Shown here: positions 1 through 9,229 of the stretch, piece by piece | Layout of the letters: each line of letters opens with the position of its first letter | How positions within the stretch are numbered: position 1 is the first letter of the stretch | DNA from: Mayamaea pseudoterrestris | Lineage: Eukaryota | Length of the DNA stretch: 64,000 bases | Direction of reading: 5' to 3' | NCBI GenBank assembly: GCA_027923505.1 | Contig: BROI01000010.1 | Span: 372,001 to 436,000, forward strand | Position numbers and translations under genes: made by a program | Notes under the pieces: model-generated | Seen by the model: the letters and a program-made list of their open reading frames with translations, nothing else | Databases searched by the model: none | What the model was told of the DNA's origin: nothing

Positions 1-703
1 GCGTTGCAGGCTCATTAGTTGCTCCTTTTCCATTGCCGTCATCACTAAGTAATTTTGTTCATCAAGGCGGTGTCACGCAATCAATTGGTATTGAGAGGAA
101 GCAAAAAGCATGGACTTGATGCGATGTTCGCCGATGTCGTTCTCTCTGTATGCTATTATAGCTTTGCCGCAACCGCTTAATGGATCGATTATTAGCCAGC
201 TCGCATTCGTGCCTGAGCAGATTTTGTTAAACTTGTCAAATGAAAGCGGATGATAAAGATGTCGGCTGCCTCATCAAACCATAACTTCTGCTTCGCCTAA
301 TAGCTGCTGCATGATGCATGCAAAAATGCAACGAACATGAAGGCACGGACAGATAGCAAAGTCACGACTGCTGCTCATTTTTACTGCTATTGCTTCGAAT
401 ATCGCTGAAGCGTGGCCGAATCTTTGAGATCCTCCATGTTTGCATCATTTTTGACGTTTCTCAGCTCGAGAGTCGCGTACGAAGGATCGCTGAAACAAAA
501 CCTTGGACGAGACAACATGGCTCGCCTCGCGCGCCATATTCATATTAGAAAACGTGTTCATGACACAAAAATCACGATACTTAAGTAGGCTCGCTTACAC
601 AATTCAAGCGATCCAAAATTGGCGAGCTTTTCACCTTTTCTGTCAAAACTTCGCACCTCTAACATCTACACTTTCGATATTCGTCGCACAGCCAAGTAAC
701 ACC

Positions 704-1564
704 ATGAAGTTTGCACGAACAGCGATTGCCTTTACCATCATGGCCATCTCGGCCGACGCCTTTAGCCGCGAAAAGACTCTAGAGCATTCCCAGGCAGGCG
801 GTGGAAGATATCTCAAGCGCACGCTAGCGGGCATGACCACGGCAACTGGATCTGCGGCAACACCCGTTGCACCAGTGGCAGCACCAGTTGCGACAATGGC
901 GCCGGTCATATCAGGGTCTGTGGCGGCGCCCGTCGCAGCTCCTGTTGCTCCTCCTACTCTCATCGCATCTGCATCCGTCGACACACCGATTGCAGCGCCC
1001 GTTGCTCCTCCTACTCCAATTGCATCTGCGTCGACTCCTATTTCTGGATCCTTGTCTGCCGTTACGGGCGGAGGCGACGGAGGAGATGGAGATGGTGAAG
1101 GTAACGTGCCAACGACATCGCCACCACCGCCAACGGCGGAAGCCTGCCGCACCATTCCCATTTTCTTCTTGAAGAGCGAGCTGACGGCCAACTATACGCG
1201 CTATGCTACTGGCGGAGGTTTCGACTCGGTGCCGTACTACAATGCCAACACGGGCGAGCAGTATGGTTTCTACAGCGACGAAGCAACCAACCTTGATTCG
1301 GGAGACTGCGTCGGCGGAGGTGTGTTTAGCTTTGGACCAACCATAAGCTACCTTGACCAAATCACCTTTTCCTTTTCCTGCTATGGAGCATCTAACTCTA
1401 TCACAGGAGGAAATGGTCGCTTTGGTTGCGCATCAGGCTACGAAATTTTCAATGCGGACGAGGTTGACCGCATCAGCTCCACCTTGTACTTGTGCGGAAC
1501 CCTGTGTCCGTACACTGGCCCCATGGATCCGGTTGCAACAACTCCTCGCACGGAAACGCCATAA
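704..1564 (+). CDS. Secreted protein: signal peptide, Pro/Ala/Thr-rich linker and a C-terminal domain resembling the dirigent/allene-oxide-cyclase fold
   Basis: First in-frame ATG of ORF 503..1564 is at 704 (MKFARTAIAFTIMAISADAF, signal-peptide-like). It has VAAPVAP repeats, and a C-terminal domain with SITGGNGRFGCASG similar to the ITGGTGxF motif of dirigent/AOC proteins. The fold call is by eye. Confidence 0.65.
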   Translation: MKFARTAIAFTIMAISADAFSREKTLEHSQAGGGRYLKRTLAGMTTATGSAATPVAPVAAPVATMAPVISGSVAAPVAAPVAPPTLIASASVDTPIAAPVAPPTPIASASTPISGSLSAVTGGGDGGDGDGEGNVPTTSPPPPTAEACRTIPIFFLKSELTANYTRYATGGGFDSVPYYNANTGEQYGFYSDEATNLDSGDCVGGGVFSFGPTISYLDQITFSFSCYGASNSITGGNGRFGCASGYEIFNADEVDRISSTLYLCGTLCPYTGPMDPVATTPRTETP

Positions 1565-1951
1565 GCTGGCTTGCTAATTATGTTTGTTGGGCGGACCAAC
1601 GTATGGGGTGCTGTCGAAAGCATGTTAGATTGCACGGGGATTTGTTGCAGGCTAGTAATCATTTCATAGTCTGGCTACTTGGTTTTATTACTTAGTATAC
1701 CTCTAATCACTCAGCCTTGCCACGACTGTCGAGGGCAATGCAGTCCAACTTCTTGTTCATGTTAAAGTTGGACTTGTAACATAAAAGTAGCTAACTTTCA
1801 TTCCAATGCTTGTGCGACACAGGACCGACACCACGAAACGCACGCAGCGCGCCCAAAGAATGATGAGCCATGCGACCACCTTTCCACCCACTTAACCAGG
1901 TCAAGTCATAAGAAACTCTGTCAAACAAGTACATCCTAACTTTATAAAGGC

Positions 1952-3865
1952 ATGGCAAGGATATCACGCTCCCCAAATGCCACTGCAACAAGACAGCAGC
2001 CTCGAAGGAGGAGGCGGCGACGATTGTTCTATCGATTTGCCTTCATTCTGCTCATCATTTTGGCCATTCGCCTTGCACATGTTGACTACGGCAGAAATCG
2101 ATGGTTCTTTTCACATCTTCTTCGAATCATTGATTATGACGCGTGGACGGAGCCGACGGCAGCCATTTGCTGTATTGTTCGAGACGAGGAAGCCTATCTG
2201 CAGGAGTGGATAGACTACCATTTGGGCATCGGATTTGATCACATTTACATTTACGACAATAGTCCAGATTTCGAATTGAAACACTGGCAATCGCAGCATG
2301 ACGATAAATTGGTAAACAAGACTACCATTAAACACTTTCCTGGAGTTGGAGCCCAGTCGGAAGCTTACTTGGACTGCGCGAAAAAGTACGGAGTTCCAAA
2401 CAAGCATCGCTGGATTGCCTACTTTGACGTTGACGAGTATCTCGCTCTACTCAAGCACGACTCCGTCGTGGACCTACTGAGTCGTCACTGCATACGAGGA
2501 GCACTTTCCATCAACTGGAGGCCAATGTCCTGGGCCAACCAGTCGCAGTACGCACCTTTGCCAGTCACCAAGCGCTTCCAGTACGTTGCCGCGGACGATC
2601 ACGGCCGCACGGTGCACGATCACGTCAAGACGGTCGTCTTTCTGCCCGACATGGACTTGACAAGAGCGCCTCATGCGCACTTTGCCTTTCTCAAGCGCTT
2701 TCGACGGCGAGTTGATACCAATGGTAGGCGCATACATGACAAGGACTATTACAATGTTCGTCGACCAGCCGACGTTGCCTTGCTGCATCATTATCATACC
2801 AAGTCGTGGAAGGAGTACATTGCTAAACGTACCAGAGGAAGAGCAGCGTTAAAGAATCAAACGAGCGTTCCAGCGTTAATTTTGGCGGCGCAGGAAGGGA
2901 TTGGATTGCGGGAAGGTACACACTTTGATGATTTCATATGGGGTCGCCTCAAGCAGGTTAGTCCGAAGTACAAAATGTTTGATCAAGATCTGGGTGTTGC
3001 GAAAACTGATGTTGCTTCCGCTGCCGAAAACAATGCCACAATGATATCGGTTCTCTGCACACAACTGCAACCAAACGATGAATACTACATAGATGAATGG
3101 GTTGACTATCATCTTGCCATTGGTTTCTCGCAAATTTACCTTTACGATGCATCCAATGAGAAGTGGATGACACAGTGGGCCAAAAACAAGCAGAAGGGGA
3201 CGGGTGAGCGAGTGTCGGTCATCTTTAGTGCAGAAACACCCTTGGCCAATTATCAAGACTGCTTGGAGCGCGTACATGAGAAAAACTACACAGCGTACAC
3301 GCAGATAAACCTTGCGACACTCATCGTGAACGAATTTCTCGTGCTGCCACCAAACGCGACACTGTTCGATGGTTTCATTCAAGTAAGATTGTCTCTTTCA
3401 TGCGCCGTAAGACTTCCCATACGCACGTTTGGCTCGTTGAGCCATGAGTGGACTCACGAGCAGCAGATTGTGTATGAACCGTTGCCTGTCACGAAACGTT
3501 TCAAGTATCGATTCGAAGGCAGAGATCCACCTTGGAAATACATTTTAGCAACGGCGGCGATGCTTACGCACCTGCAGTTGACAGTCATTCATCCCTCGTA
3601 TGGGAAGTACTTGTCGACGGGAGAGTACAGCTTTTTGGCTTCAGGACTATGCCCAATAAAGGGATCACAAGTAACAATCTACGACGAAGCTGATGTGAAG
3701 ATTTACCGCTACCAGCGATCTTTGAAAGAGTGTCGCAACTACATTTTGATGGAAAGTGACGGAGCAAACATGAGTTGTTCCGAGCTTGGAGCCACTTTTG
3801 ACGACAATGCCTGGAGGCAGGTGAAACACCACCTGCCCGGCTACAGTGGGTACGACGAGCTGTAA
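1952..3865 (+). CDS. Type II membrane glycosyltransferase, family 92/DUF23-like (GT-A fold), with a degenerate second GT domain
   Basis: 637-aa ORF with an Arg-rich N-terminus and TM helix, AICCIVRDEEAYLQEWIDYHLGIGFDHIYIYDN, a DxD motif (FDVDEY) and HHYHTKS. A second copy (EYYIDEWVDYHLAIGFSQIYLYD...PLPVTKRF) follows. Confidence 0.85.
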   Translation: MARISRSPNATATRQQPRRRRRRRLFYRFAFILLIILAIRLAHVDYGRNRWFFSHLLRIIDYDAWTEPTAAICCIVRDEEAYLQEWIDYHLGIGFDHIYIYDNSPDFELKHWQSQHDDKLVNKTTIKHFPGVGAQSEAYLDCAKKYGVPNKHRWIAYFDVDEYLALLKHDSVVDLLSRHCIRGALSINWRPMSWANQSQYAPLPVTKRFQYVAADDHGRTVHDHVKTVVFLPDMDLTRAPHAHFAFLKRFRRRVDTNGRRIHDKDYYNVRRPADVALLHHYHTKSWKEYIAKRTRGRAALKNQTSVPALILAAQEGIGLREGTHFDDFIWGRLKQVSPKYKMFDQDLGVAKTDVASAAENNATMISVLCTQLQPNDEYYIDEWVDYHLAIGFSQIYLYDASNEKWMTQWAKNKQKGTGERVSVIFSAETPLANYQDCLERVHEKNYTAYTQINLATLIVNEFLVLPPNATLFDGFIQVRLSLSCAVRLPIRTFGSLSHEWTHEQQIVYEPLPVTKRFKYRFEGRDPPWKYILATAAMLTHLQLTVIHPSYGKYLSTGEYSFLASGLCPIKGSQVTIYDEADVKIYRYQRSLKECRNYILMESDGANMSCSELGATFDDNAWRQVKHHLPGYSGYDEL

Positions 3866-4053
3866 CAATTACAGCGGAAGTTTATCCACAAAGCATGTCA
3901 CTTATTCTATTTTAAAGTAACTTGTTGTAACTCAGTAAGTCTATTTGACAGCGCGTTAATACTATGTCTCTATGTTATGTGTTTGTTCAAAATCTGTCGC
4001 TGTCAAAATTGTTCCGCGTACTTGGACGTCTTGCCAATTGTCTTGGCATGCAA

Positions 4054-5334
4054 TCATTCCTCATTGTTATTAACTGTGCGTTCGGTTGCCAAATTTTTGT
4101 CGGTCTCGTCGGCAGTCGCTTGCTTTGTGGCATCGTCATCAAGTCTCTGCTCCGTTGTCTCATCATTAGTCCTTGCAGCATTCGCATCGAGCAAAACTGC
4201 TTGCAGCTGTCCCTGCTGTATTGACGATGACTCGGTCGTTGAGCTGCTCAGCTTGCGATGCAATACATGAAGAGCAATCAGCTCTTGTTCGCTGGGTGAG
4301 CGGCTTCTCGTTTCCTCGTAATGTTGCTCGTGATACGAACTACCACTACCAATGGTCGAATGATCCGTCGACCCATCTGCAAGGGCTACCACCACTGCGT
4401 CAGGAGGCGGTCCATTGGCTGCTGGTTGCACCGACATGTTTCGCATCTGCATCTGCAAGTCGCGGTACCGGTCGTGCAGGGCTGCCAGCGTGTCTTGAAC
4501 TTGCTGCGCGACGGCATGCGGTTGAGCAATAATTCTGTCAACATGAAGCTGCAGTGAAGCAGAAGCAGGTTCGTACAAATGCCGATGGTGATAGGCGCCG
4601 CCATTGCCGTCATGATCGAGTGAATCGCCATGCGAAAGGTTGCTCGCCGTGTCCTCGTCATGGTCATTGACACTGCTCGAATGATTTCCCAAGTAGCCAT
4701 ACCAATCGCCATTGCTTCCATTCGATTGTAGATGCTGCTGACTCTGCGTCAAAAGCATTTGCTCCTGCTTGCGCAAATATTTTTGCGCGTGGCTCCGCAC
4801 CTGCGCCGACGTTCGCGTCGCAATGTGCTGGGCGACGCGCTTCCATTCGCGTCCATAGGTGGCAAGTCCCTTCAAAAAGGCTTCATGCTCCTCCTGCGTC
4901 CAGCGGCCGCTCGTTTTCAAGGAATCGTCGATTGGACGCTTGCGTTTCTTCTTGCGGTTCGACTTGTCCGATGCATCCATGGTGTCTGCTGCCTCGGAAT
5001 GAGTGTGAGTACTGCTGCCTTCAATCGAGGCGGAAGCGACTGCTGCAAGGTGAATCGCGGGTTCAACAGGAGCTTGTTCAGCGATATTTTCCTGATTATT
5101 ATTGTTAAATGGTACCGCTGCTGTAGTAGAGCTTGATGCGGGTAATCGTGAAGAAATCTCGCTGTCAAGTTGACTGACGGTTTCCGCCATGGAGTGATGC
5201 GCTGGTAAGGTCGACGTGTCAATGCTGCTTGCGCCGAGCAGAAGCGAATCGTTCTCCGAATTGGCTGGCTCTACGCGGCACGTCTTGAAGCTCTCCTCTT
5301 GAGTACCGTCACTGGTAGTAGGATTAGTCTCCAT
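4054..5334 (-). CDS. Single-repeat MYB transcription factor, SHAQKYF class
   Basis: 426-aa ORF with GRWTQEEHEAFLKGLATYGREWKRVAQHIATRTSAQVRSHAQKYL, preceded by the basic NLS-like RKKKRKR. Confidence 0.9.
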   Translation of the reverse strand: METNPTTSDGTQEESFKTCRVEPANSENDSLLLGASSIDTSTLPAHHSMAETVSQLDSEISSRLPASSSTTAAVPFNNNNQENIAEQAPVEPAIHLAAVASASIEGSSTHTHSEAADTMDASDKSNRKKKRKRPIDDSLKTSGRWTQEEHEAFLKGLATYGREWKRVAQHIATRTSAQVRSHAQKYLRKQEQMLLTQSQQHLQSNGSNGDWYGYLGNHSSSVNDHDEDTASNLSHGDSLDHDGNGGAYHHRHLYEPASASLQLHVDRIIAQPHAVAQQVQDTLAALHDRYRDLQMQMRNMSVQPAANGPPPDAVVVALADGSTDHSTIGSGSSYHEQHYEETRSRSPSEQELIALHVLHRKLSSSTTESSSIQQGQLQAVLLDANAARTNDETTEQRLDDDATKQATADETDKNLATERTVNNNEE

Positions 5335-6067
5335 CGTGAAGGTAAAGTACCTCTTAGAAAGACATCAAGTCGCTAATCATAGGGCAAATTCTCCATGGCC
5401 GCCTTCATCATGGTGTCACGGAACAGAACGAGCAATGAGGACCAATCAAATCCATTCAAAACCTGTCCATCCGGCACTCGAATTCTTGTTCCGAACTTCG
5501 GAGAAACTTTCGACGGAACTTGGAATCGTGCTTGACCAAGATCTTTCGCGTCAAAGAAAACCGAATGCCATCATCACTTTCACCATGGCCATTTTGCACT
5601 AGCAAGCACCCGCAGCTGTCGATCCTTCTCCTGTCTTCGTTCCTTCTTGGCCAGATCGCACTTTCATAGTAGCGTTTGCGTTGTCAAAAGGAAGAATATA
5701 ACAGTCAAGGATACACACAGCTGATTAGTGCACCGATTTAACCGCGACAGCTTGACGACGAAACGGTGAGTACGTTTCGCGAACCCGGAGAGCGAAAATG
5801 TTCAACATCAACAACAACATGCTCACAAGATGGATTCTTCGCGACAGGATTCAAAAAGATCACCAAGAATCGCCAAGACTTTTTCATTTGCATTGGGCTG
5901 CAACAAGACAATAGATAATCGACCTTGCGCGCGACCGAACTTTGGATTGATTTTGATCTTAAAAAAAGATCCAAGTGCCGACACATCATCGCTCGACGAG
6001 CCTTTCCAAGAACGCTTTCATTCGACGACAAGTAAAGGCCGGGTCCATATTCTATCATTGCTGCATC

Positions 6068-6577
6068 ATGCATGACAGAGGTGCAATTATATTACCTCCA
6101 TTGGAAGAATCATCGGACGTTGAGAGACGAGCTTTGACGCAAGGAAATTTACCATCTGCTGCAGTTTCGTCATTGCCTGTCATGTCCTGCATGTCACCTT
6201 TGTTGCAAGCTCATTTTCTTGCCCTCATGCCAACCGACGATGCTGACGAATCCACCTTGACAACCATAGACGATGAGCAAGGACATAACCGACGAGTCAT
6301 TGCGCAGGAAACGGCGCGGCTCGCCACGGAGGAGATTGCAGCCATGGAACGCGCCGTCGGCGAACTGGAACAATACGTAGTACTCGGCAACATTCAACGA
6401 CGAGAAACCTACACGCATGACCCAACTGCTGACGAGAGTGAACTGTCGGATGATAACGTCGACGAGGAAGACAATGGCGTACAGGAAGATGAGAGCAACT
6501 TTGCATCTCTTGCGCCAATTGCAACTTTGAAAGGCGAGATTGAAGCAGATGAGTCTAACAAGCGTCGGCGTGTATAG
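6068..6577 (+). CDS. Hypothetical acidic protein with a short coiled coil and a basic C-terminus
   Basis: Part of ORF 5975..6577, with the first ATG at 6068. Coiled-coil-like segment ETARLATEEIAAMERAVGELE and C-terminal KRRRV. The start and any upstream exon are uncertain. Confidence 0.45.
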   Translation: MHDRGAIILPPLEESSDVERRALTQGNLPSAAVSSLPVMSCMSPLLQAHFLALMPTDDADESTLTTIDDEQGHNRRVIAQETARLATEEIAAMERAVGELEQYVVLGNIQRRETYTHDPTADESELSDDNVDEEDNGVQEDESNFASLAPIATLKGEIEADESNKRRRV

Positions 6578-6859
6578 TATGGTATGGCTTTAGCTAGCAT
6601 TGGGTTACAAAAGTTTTGTTTATATAGCTTTCACTTGCGTCTTAACATGCTGTTAGGTCATTGATGTCAATGTGTTGTGAACACACCTTTCATTGTACTA
6701 ACAGTAAATGAGGCATAAAGCATGATGAGTGGCTCTGTAACATATGTAGCAATAGGTATACCAGAATCAGTCAAGCCTGTTTTCTGTTAGGTACTACAAT
6801 TGTAGCTAAACAAACACAAATTATCCGTCGACTAAAACACCAGCCAAGCATAACATCTT

Positions 6860-7311
6860 GTACCTGAAAAATAGTGTAGGCATATTCTTGTGTGATTTGG
6901 GTGTAGACGTGTCATGTTATATGGGCAAAGGAATGTCAAGGCAATTGTGAGCTGAGAAAGGTAAAAGGTCTCACCAGTCAAATTGTAGTCTACTGAGACA
7001 CCAACCAGGCAACCCATTTTGTAGCGCAGACTAAATAATAATGTTGGCACCATTCTGGTGTGATTTAAGTGTATAAATGGCATGTTATACAGGCATTTAA
7101 ATGTCACGGCATCTGCGGGCTGACTGGTGAGACCTTCTCACCAGTCACATTGCAGTCTATGGAGACACCATCAAGGCATACCATCTTGTAGCGCAACCAG
7201 AATAATGATGTTAGCACCATTCTGGTGTGATTTGGGTGCATACACTGCATGTTATATGGGCAATTGTATATCACGGCATCTGCGGGCTGCGACTGGTGAG
7301 AAGTTCTCACC
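6860..7311. repeat. About 2.5 diverged (old-type) monomers of the 169-bp satellite at the left edge of the repeat block
   Basis: Contains ttgtagcgca, atgttggcaccattctggtg and aatgtcacggcatctgcgggctg, which match the 169-bp consensus in the same orientation as array 17363-34190. Confidence 0.8.
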
Positions 7312-8636
7312 GATGGTACATTCAACTATTTGTTGACTGTGCGGAGTCTTATGGTAAAGGATGGGCTCCACACCCAAGGTGACAAGCCTTTGCAACCTAT
7401 CACTCAAAATATGTATTGCCTTTGTATTCCAAAATTGGCAGGCTATTCTGGCAGTCTGAAGTCCCACTTAAGGTGCACTGCTGCTGGACCTGCCAAGTCT
7501 CACCATGACATACATGGTGGTGGAGACTGGATTGGGTGCAATTGACCTAAGCATTGGACCATCATGACACCAAAATGAGTTGGAAAGAAGTGGTTCAACA
7601 GGCAACACTAAAAAGGGTGCAGAGCTCACACATTCAATCATTTGATGAATGTGGGGAGTCTCATAGCAAAGGGTTGAGTTCCACACCCAAGGTGACATCC
7701 TTTGCAACCCTTATCACTCAAAATATGTATTGTCTTTGTATTCCAGAACTGGCAGGCCAATTTGGCAGTTGGTAGTGCCATTTGAGGTGCACTGCTAGCC
7801 GATTCAACAAGTTGTTGGATCTGCCGAGTCTCACCATGACATACATGGTGGTGAAGACTGGACTGGTGCAGCTGACCTAAGCATTTGCCCATCATGACAC
7901 CAAACGTAAATTGGAAAGAATTGGAGAGCTCAACAGGCAACACTGATGGTGTCTGTAGCCAAAAGGGTGCACCGCTGGCACATTCAACCATTTGTTGAAT
8001 GTGCGGAGTCTCATGGCAAGGGGATGGGTTCCATACCCAAGGTGACAGCCTTTGCATACTTATCAGCAAAAAACATACACTGTGTTTTGTATTCTAGAAA
8101 TGGCAGGCCAATCTGGCAGTTGGAAGTGCCACTTGAGGTGCACTGCTAGCAGATCCAGCAAGCAGTTGAATCTGCCGAGTCTCACCATGACATACATGGT
8201 GGTGGAGACTGGAATGGGCGCAACTGCCATAAGCATTGTCCCACCATGACACCAAACATGAATTGAAATGGATTGGAGGGTTCAACAGGCATTACTGATG
8301 GTTTGTGTAGCCAAAAAAGGTGCACCACTGGCACATTCAATCATTTGTTGAATGTGCGGAGTCTCATGGTAAAGGGATGGGTTCCACACCCAAGGTGACA
8401 GCCTTTGCCACCTTATCACTCAAAATATGTATTGTTTTTGTATTCAAGAATTGGCAGGCCAATCTGGCAGTCGGAAGTGCCACTTGAGGTGCACTGCTAG
8501 CAGATCCAACAAGGTGTTGAATCTGCCGAGTCTCACCATGACATACATGGTGGTGGAAACTGGAATGGGTGTAACTGCCATAAGCATTGGCCCATCATGA
8601 CACCAAACATAAATTGGAAAGAATTGGAGAGCTCAA
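7312..8636. repeat. ~350-bp tandem repeat, ~3.8 diverged copies, with an internal dimer of ~171 + ~182 bp
   Basis: (c/t)acccaaggtgac recurs at 7371, 7684, 8034 and 8387. gttgaat(g/c)tgc(g/c)gagtctca recurs at 7994, 8165 and 8347. Confidence 0.85.
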
Positions 8637-8738
8637 CTTTACTTGTAGCACACCTGAAACAAGGAGGTTAGCACCATTCTCACCTATTTTGGGCATATAC
8701 ATGGCTCAGGGTATGGGCATCTGGTCATGCCACGCCGG
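8637..8738. repeat. Degenerate partial 169-bp satellite monomer abutting the LTR
   Basis: cttgtagcacacctgaaacaaggaggttagcaccattctc...tattttgggcatatac aligns to the consensus cttgtagcgcagcctgaataaggatgttggcaccattctggtgtattttgggcacctac. Confidence 0.65.
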
Positions 8739-9132
8739 TCACACGCGCAGAGCGGCGAAGTCAAGAGCCCGAACCCTAATTAGCTTGTGTCGAGTCCGCA
8801 GCTGTCGTATGTGACATGTGAATGAAGAAAGTGCGCAACCGTCGTGTGGATGCGTTGTATGAATGGAACGACCAGTTACGACTGATGTAATGTGATTGAA
8901 AGAAACGGATTGATTGGATGATCTTCCGAGTGGTCGATGTAGCGATGTAGCGATAAGCTCACAATATAGAACTACTAGTTTGCGACGAGAGTGCAGTCGT
9001 ATTCGTGTAGTGGCGAGCGCAAGACTATTCGACGAGCCATCTCCATCAAGAGCTGTACAGACCGTGGCCAAGGACCCTGTATCGGAGCTTTTTGGAGGTA
9101 AGACGTTGACTGCGAAATCGTCAACGGTGTTA
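8739..9132 (+). repeat. 5' LTR of copia A1 (~394 bp)
   Basis: Matches LTRs 39164-39558 and 45482-45868 in inverted orientation and ends ...cggtgtta. The first few bases are corrupted (tcacacgcg vs tgacaagtcg). Confidence 0.88.
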
Positions 9133-9229
9133 GATTAACATTTCAGTGCTTTGAGAGCGAGAACGAGCGAGGGAGCTATCGTGACACATTCGTCTGCAGC
9201 GAGTCCGATTCCTCTGATCAACCTCCACC

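Noticed and set aside
503..703. N-terminal extension of the first ORF from a TTG start
   Set aside because: In a eukaryotic context the ATG at 704 begins a clear signal peptide.
8772..8779. Telomere-like AACCCTAA in the LTR
   Set aside because: Single copy per LTR, with no telomeric array.
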